Source: Chrysomallon squamiferum (Eukaryota; Animalia; Mollusca). From it: a DNA stretch of 64,000 bases. This document shows, in pieces, positions 56,235 to 64,000 of the stretch. The position numbers were made by a program, and so were the translations under genes. The notes under the pieces were generated by a model that had not been told where the DNA came from, did no database searches, and worked only from the letters and a program-made list of their open reading frames with translations. The DNA is taken from NCBI GenBank assembly GCA_012295275.1, contig CM022674.1, forward strand, positions 13,330,001 through 13,394,000. The letters run 5' to 3'. Within the stretch, counting starts at the first letter, position 1. Each line of letters starts with the position of its first letter.

Positions 56235-57337
56235 ATAACAGTAATAGCAGTAACAGTGATAGTCCTGATTATTATATGCACTATACCAGGTAACTGACGC
56301 TTAAGGAAAACGTGTTAAACTATAATTAACTGTTAGTGTGTATACTACCTGTACTGTTTTACGTTTTTGTACTGAATATGATGAAATATTAAAATTTAAA
56401 TCTGCCGTTACGATGTAGACAAGAAGAAAAAACAAATATACAAATATAAAATATAAAATATAAAATATAAATTTTATTCCGATAGAAACGATCTCCACAG
56501 AATGAATTCGTTTATGTCTATGCCTTAGGCGGTCATCAAACCCCTCACCCATTTTTTTTTGCACCGCTCCGCTCATCGATTAAGTGCTTGTGCCTCATTT
56601 CAAAAAGGTCATTTTACGTAGTTTGTCTCTGAACAATCACTGATTGTTATACAAAGAGCTACATTTTGTAATACATTGTATCCACTTTCACTGTGCAATG
56701 ACGTGGAAAGGATTTTGCATATGTGGCCATAAAAATATAATCTCCTTGGAAACGATGTCCTCTTTGAAAAATGCTGTGACGATATCATCAACCGCATTCT
56801 TTCATGAACGGTTGCTATGAGAAGAATCACAGATAGTTCATATAATGAATTTTTTTTTTTTTTTTTTTTTCTAGAAGCCATAAAAATATGTTATCATTGT
56901 TTTTCAAGTAATGATATTTATTGGGTTTGTTTTGATTTCATTTTGTTTCTGGGTTGTTGTTTTTGTTTTTCAGTTTTTTGTTTTTGTTTTTCTCTTTTTT
57001 CTGCTTTTTTTAATTCTTATTATTTGTTTTATTTTTTAGAATTATAATTATGATAATAATTAGTACTAATAGTGATAGTAATAGTAGTAGTAAAAGTAGT
57101 AGTAGTTGTTGTAACAGTGGTAGTAGTAGCAGTAGTAGTGTAGTACTTGTTTTGTTTCAATTTGTTCGTTGCTTTTTTCTGGGTTTTTAAATTATATTTT
57201 ATTTTATTTTATTTTATTTATTTATTTATTTATTTATTTATTTTTGACTTATTATTTATTTTATTTTATTTATTTTATTTATTTTATTATTGAAATTAAT
57301 TATTTATTTATTTATTTACTTACTTTTTTTATTATTA

Positions 57338-57372
<35 letters not shown>

Positions 57373-57591
57373 CTGAAATAATTGCGATATGCATAATAGT
57401 ATGTACACTTTCGCGTACCTGATCTGAATTTATACGTGATACAGTATAATGTCTGAAAATCTGAACAATATTTATGTAACAAAATACACACGGACACATC
57501 TTACTACTACTATGATTACCATTACTATTACTACTACTACTAATATTAGTTATAATAATAATAATAGTAGTAGCAGCAGCGGCAGCAATTT

Positions 57592-57627
<36 letters not shown>

Positions 57628-58174
57628 TGGTAATAATAATAATAATAATAAAATTTATAAATTTATAAATTAAAAACTGATGTGGATGACTACTTTTAAT
57701 AGTAGATAGAATTAATATTTAGACAATATTCAAACACGACTGTTTTCAACGACCTATAGTCGATTATTGTAAGAACATTAAGTGAAAGATGATTTTCAGT
57801 GTAAGAGAATTGTTTTTGTTTTATATATATATCATTACAATAACTACTACATAATAATTACAGCATCAACTGCTGATACTACTTGATAACAATAACAACA
57901 ACTACTACTGCTCCACAACATTAACAGCTACTACTGTTACTACTTCATTTATCAACGAATACGAATACTATTATCACTACATAACTTTAACAACTACAAC
58001 AGCAACAGCTACTAATATTATTTTGCCGGTGTCACTGAATAATTAGTGATTTAATTCACGTATTTCAATTACAATTACGTATTTTGAGGTTAATATTTAC
58101 AAAATAAAATTAAAATAACAACAGTATATTTGTACTTAAACATATTTATTGTATTAAATTCTGTACAAAAATGT

Positions 58175-59115
<941 letters not shown>

Positions 59116-61036
59116 GACTGACGAGTGACTGGGAACTGGTAGAGAAAGTAACACACTCACTCTATTTATCTGTATCGTCCTGTACCACGTTAATAATTAT
59201 TATCAAATAAAATTAATATTTCACTTTTGTAGCTCGCGTTTTATTGGAATAAATGTGGTTTCTTGGTGCACTTTTCTTTAAGTGGCCTTTGATCTGTAGA
59301 TAAGTCACCAAGGTCTTAATAATATGTGTTAATTAGGTGAAGATATGCACAACTATTCGAAAAGCACGAAGTTGATTAAATTCATTTTAAAAATCATTAT
59401 GCTGAAAGATGTCGATTTTTTAAATTAGATGAAGGTAGGTAGTACTAATGTACGAAAAACCAGGAGATTATGAAAATCATTTTAAAATCACTACGTAAAA
59501 AGCTGTAGAATACTTAACTGATTTTTAAAATTATTTTCCAATCTTTAAATGTAAAATATAAAGACAGTCAAATTCTTTTATTGTTACATGAATAAAACAC
59601 AACAAAACTGTCCACAATATTACAATATTAGTCCTACAACTATTACATTTACTACTACTACTACTGCTGCTATTATTACTACTGTTAACGAAAGAAACAA
59701 ACAAACAAACAAACAAAACAAACAAATAAACAAATAAATAAATACAAAACAAAACAGTTATACAAAGAGAGAAATGGTATCGTCATTGACAAAAATCACA
59801 ATCTCTTGTAATGATAAATAAAGCAAACCCCCCATAAAAAAAAAAAAAAAAAAAAAAAGAAAGAAAGAAAAAGAAAAAGAAGGAAAAAGAAAAAGAAGGA
59901 AAAGAAAAAAGTACAAGGCAAAAAACAATAACAAAAAGTGTTGTTGTAGGTCTATCTACGAATGAAGCCTTCTCATCAGATGTATTTCAAAATAAACCTG
60001 TGATCAAGGAATGGGGATTAGACTGACCTGTGTGAACGTTCTGAGATCAGCTCTCTTTGCTACACTGCTGAGATATATCCCGTTCCAACTAACAGCTCTT
60101 TTAGATTTACTAAATAAATTGCTAAAATATTTAGTATTATTTCCCCTTTATATTTGCAATTTTAAAACTACAACAATAAAAACAATGACGACGACATCTA
60201 TTATTTGAAAATTATTTATTTCACTGTTTTACATTTTACGTATAAAAGATGAAGTTATCTAGTCATTGTAATTTAGATATGATTTTGTTACGAAATCGAT
60301 ACCATGTCACAAATCAGTAGCTACAATCACGTTTTGTATAGCCTTATGTGAACATGTAATTTTATCTGTGCGTTTGTTTGTGTATCTATAAGTGTGTGTA
60401 TATATGTGTGTTTGTGCCTGTGTGTCTGTGTATACGTGTATCTGGGCGTACGTGTGTATGTGTGTCTGTGCATTAGAGGTACGAATCCATTTAAAATGCA
60501 GTCAAATGGTTTCCATATCGTTGCAAGCAAAAAATTTTAAATTTCATTTTTACGTATTTTATTTTTTCTTATTTCTTTTTAAAATTATATATAATTTTAT
60601 TAAATCCAGCACGACTGAAATCCGGAACTCGTAGCTATGTTATTTACCTTAACTATTTCACACTAGGCTTTTTAGAAACCAGTTTTATTCTGGTGGAACG
60701 GGTAAAAAAAATACCCCTTCAAATGAGATTAGCCGTCAGTTATTTTATGTTATAATAATCAATTATATTCTTGTTTTCTTTTTAAATTGTCTTTGTTACA
60801 AATTTCGTATTTTAAATAGAAAAGATATCTGCATTTCTGTGATCAAACAACCTCATTGTATTTTCATTCCATTGCATTGATTTATTCAGTTATAGTCACC
60901 AAACCGTTCCTAACAACAAAGGATGACTATAAAATTAGAACTATAGAACAGATGTATGCATGTGTGTTTTATTCGTGACTTTTTTCACACTTATTCTTTG
61001 CAAGTATTATTGACTTTTTAAAGTTTTATATTATTG

Positions 61037-61101
<65 letters not shown>

Positions 61102-61454
61102 TTCTGTATTATTGTTTCTGAAATCAGATCATTTCTAAGGAGCTGCAAATTTATTACAGAACTTTATCATTATTAAAGATTGATGTTCTCGTACCGACTT
61201 ATATGAGTGTGTTACTACTGAAAAATCTTGTAGATGAGAATATTTCACGTGCCACTGAAACAGAATTCATTCATTGGTTTCGTCATTAAATCATTCATTA
61301 ATTCGTTCATTCATTCAGATATTCGAATTACAGTTGTAGTTTTTGTATTAAAATATTCTTTATAACACTAAATTAAAAACACTACAAAATGCAATATTTA
61401 TATCAAATAAAACTTTATTACAGTTATGTATACAAAGTTAGATGACACAAATAT

Positions 61455-62330
61455 TTAGTGATAAACTCCGAATCCAAGTCCTCGTCCTCCAAAACCACGT
61501 CCTCCAAAACCACGTCCTCCGAATCCGAATCCGTGTCCGACACCATTGCCTAGACCATGTCCGTATCCGTATCCGTGTCCGTATCCATGTCCGTAACCGT
61601 TTCCGTAACCTTTTTAAAGATAATGATGGTGATTATGGTAATGATGATAATGGTGATACTAATTTTATATTTTCGTTTCTTTCTCTTTTTCTTTCAAAGC
61701 GTTTGTTTATTTATGAATACAGTTATCTTGTTTTAGATAATAATAAATATATTCTTGATCAAAATATCTACAACATATTGAAATTTACAAAATAAATAAT
61801 GACGAAATCCAATATTTCACTTCACTGACGTAACATTCCATGTAGTAATGAAACTGACTTACCGTTGTTACCGTATCCGTAACCGTATCCGGGATATCCG
61901 TAACCGTAACCATGTCCGGCATGTCCGAATCCACGGAGACCAGCTCCTCCGAGAAGTCCGACTCCTCCGTGAAGACCATGACCTCCATGAAGACCAGCTC
62001 CTAGATATCCAACTCCTCCGTGGAGGCCAGTTCCTAGAAGTCCGGCTCCTCCGTGATAACCAACACCATGGAAACCATTAGCCCCTAGACCAACACCATG
62101 TCCGTAGTTGTAAACTGGTCCCCAGGCGAGAGCTGAGCAACACAGAAGTGCAGACAGAACGACGGACAAAACGGACTGAAAGAAAGAAATTATATGTTAT
62201 CTTGCGTGAAATTAATACTATTAAATTTAGAGTTTTGAAATCAGGTTCTGTTGTTTTCTTTGTGCTGTGGTGTTTGTAAACATTTATTCTTTCATTATTG
62301 TAAAGAGAGAGAGACAGATAGAGAGAGACA

Positions 62331-62399
<69 letters not shown>

Positions 62400-62419
62400 C
62401 TAAATCAACTTACATTCAT
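61455..62419 (-). CDS. Secreted Gly/His/Tyr-rich structural protein, copy C (~157 aa)
   Basis: Exons 62419-62414, 62175-61863, 61609-61455 (ends GGRGFGGRGFGGRGLGFGVYH*). In frame. Confidence 0.9.
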
Positions 62420-64000
62420 GACTGACGAGTGACTGGGAACTGGTAGAGAAAGTAACACACTCACTCTATTTATCTGTATCGTCCTGTACCACGTTAATAA
62501 TTATTATCAAATAAATTTAATATTTCACTTTTGTATCTCGCGTTTTATTGGAATAAATGCGGTTTCTTGGTGCACTTTTCTTTAAGTGGCCTTTGATCTG
62601 TAGATAAGTCACCAAGGTCTTAATAATATGCGTTAATTAGGTGAAGATATATACTACTATTCGAAAAGCCCGAAGATTTTGAAAATCATTTAAAAAATCA
62701 CAATGTTGAAAGCTGTCGAATACTTAACTGATTTTTTTATTTTGCAATCTTCAAAAGTAAAATTTGACGACTATAGAATTATTTTATTGTTAGCTGAATA
62801 AAATACAAGAAAGTGTCCACCATATTACAAGATTATTACTACAGCTACCACTACTGCAGCTCCTACTGTAACAACAGTTAATAAAACTACTATTACTACT
62901 ACTACTACTGTTACTACTGCTACTACTACTGCTACTTCTGCTACTATATTGATATTATTTCAACTACTACTATTGCTACTACTTCTGCTACTATTACTAT
63001 TACTATTACTGCTAATACTACTACTATACTACCATGGATACTACTACTTTAACTACTACGACTATCACTATAACTACTAAATAAATAAATATGTAAAAAC
63101 AATGATACAGTGAATGAGATGGTATCGTCAGTAACATGATACTATGTCGTAAAATGATAAGTAAAGAATTTATTTTTAAGACAAGGAAACGAAAAGAACG
63201 ACAGCAACAACGATAAAAACAATAAAATGTGTAGCTGTATGTGAAGAAATGAATTCATCTCACAACGTTTCTTCCAATAAAAATTGATTATCCTGACATA
63301 TGCGAAGTTTCTGAGATCTATTCTCCTTGGTACGCGTGCTGCAAAACATCCCGTTCCAACTAACAGCTCATAATGATTTATTACTTACTGATTGAAAAAA
63401 AAGGTTTCCACAGTCATATCATTTAGAAACTATAATCAAAAATAACAACAACGACAACGACATCTGTTTAAATATTTAATTCATTGTTTTACATTTGTAG
63501 CAAAAAAAAGTGACGTAATCTAATCATTAGAATTCAGATATGATTTGTTTTGATTAAAGTTACGATATCGATAGTATGTTACAAATCAATAGTTATAATC
63601 ATGTTTTACATATCTGTGTGATTGTATAGTAGTGGGTTTTGTTTGTACGCGAGTGTGTTTGCATATAAGTATGTATGTAGCTGTTTCTGTGTGCTTTTGT
63701 TAGTTTGAGTGTGTCTTTTATGTTAATTTGGGTGTGTGTATGTATATATGCATATATGTATATATGTGTGTATGTGTGTATGTATTTATGTATGTATGTA
63801 TGTATGTATGTATGTATATATATTTATGTATGTATGATGTGTGCGTGTGTATGTATGTATGTATGTATGTATGTGTATGTGTATGTGTGTGTGTGTATAT
63901 ATGTATATGTGTGTATTGTGTGAGACAGGAAGTCATCCAATATTCATTCAAAGGGTTTCCAATGTTTGCCAACATCTTAAATTTCGTATTTATGTATGTT

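Overview
This is very AT-rich, microsatellite-dense, intron-containing animal DNA (GT-AG introns; probably a lophotrochozoan such as a mollusc, which is inference only). Most entries in the six-frame ORF track are simple-repeat artefacts. Reading splice sites by hand gives ten spliced genes. Three encode IgGFc-binding-protein N-terminal-domain proteins: two secreted paralogues with DxDCDG/DxDGDG motifs and a C-terminal PAN/apple domain (1883-8374 and 42753-47134, minus), and one type-I membrane form (30030-34195, plus). There is a hairy/E(spl) bHLH-Orange-WRPW gene (22843-24854) behind a ~12 kb gene-free region of CpG-rich islands, a convergent ceramide-1-phosphate transfer protein gene (CPTP), and a small 3xTSP1 type-I membrane protein gene. 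The window ends in a cluster of four secreted Gly/His/Tyr-rich structural-protein genes (49.6-62.4 kb) that share one gene architecture. Notable details: a minisatellite built from an amplified 5' splice site, a perfect K-box (miR-2 site) in the HES 3'UTR, loss of the HES basic-region proline, and several single-base homopolymer frameshifts that look like long-read assembly errors. No tRNA, rRNA, CRISPR array or autonomous transposon was found.
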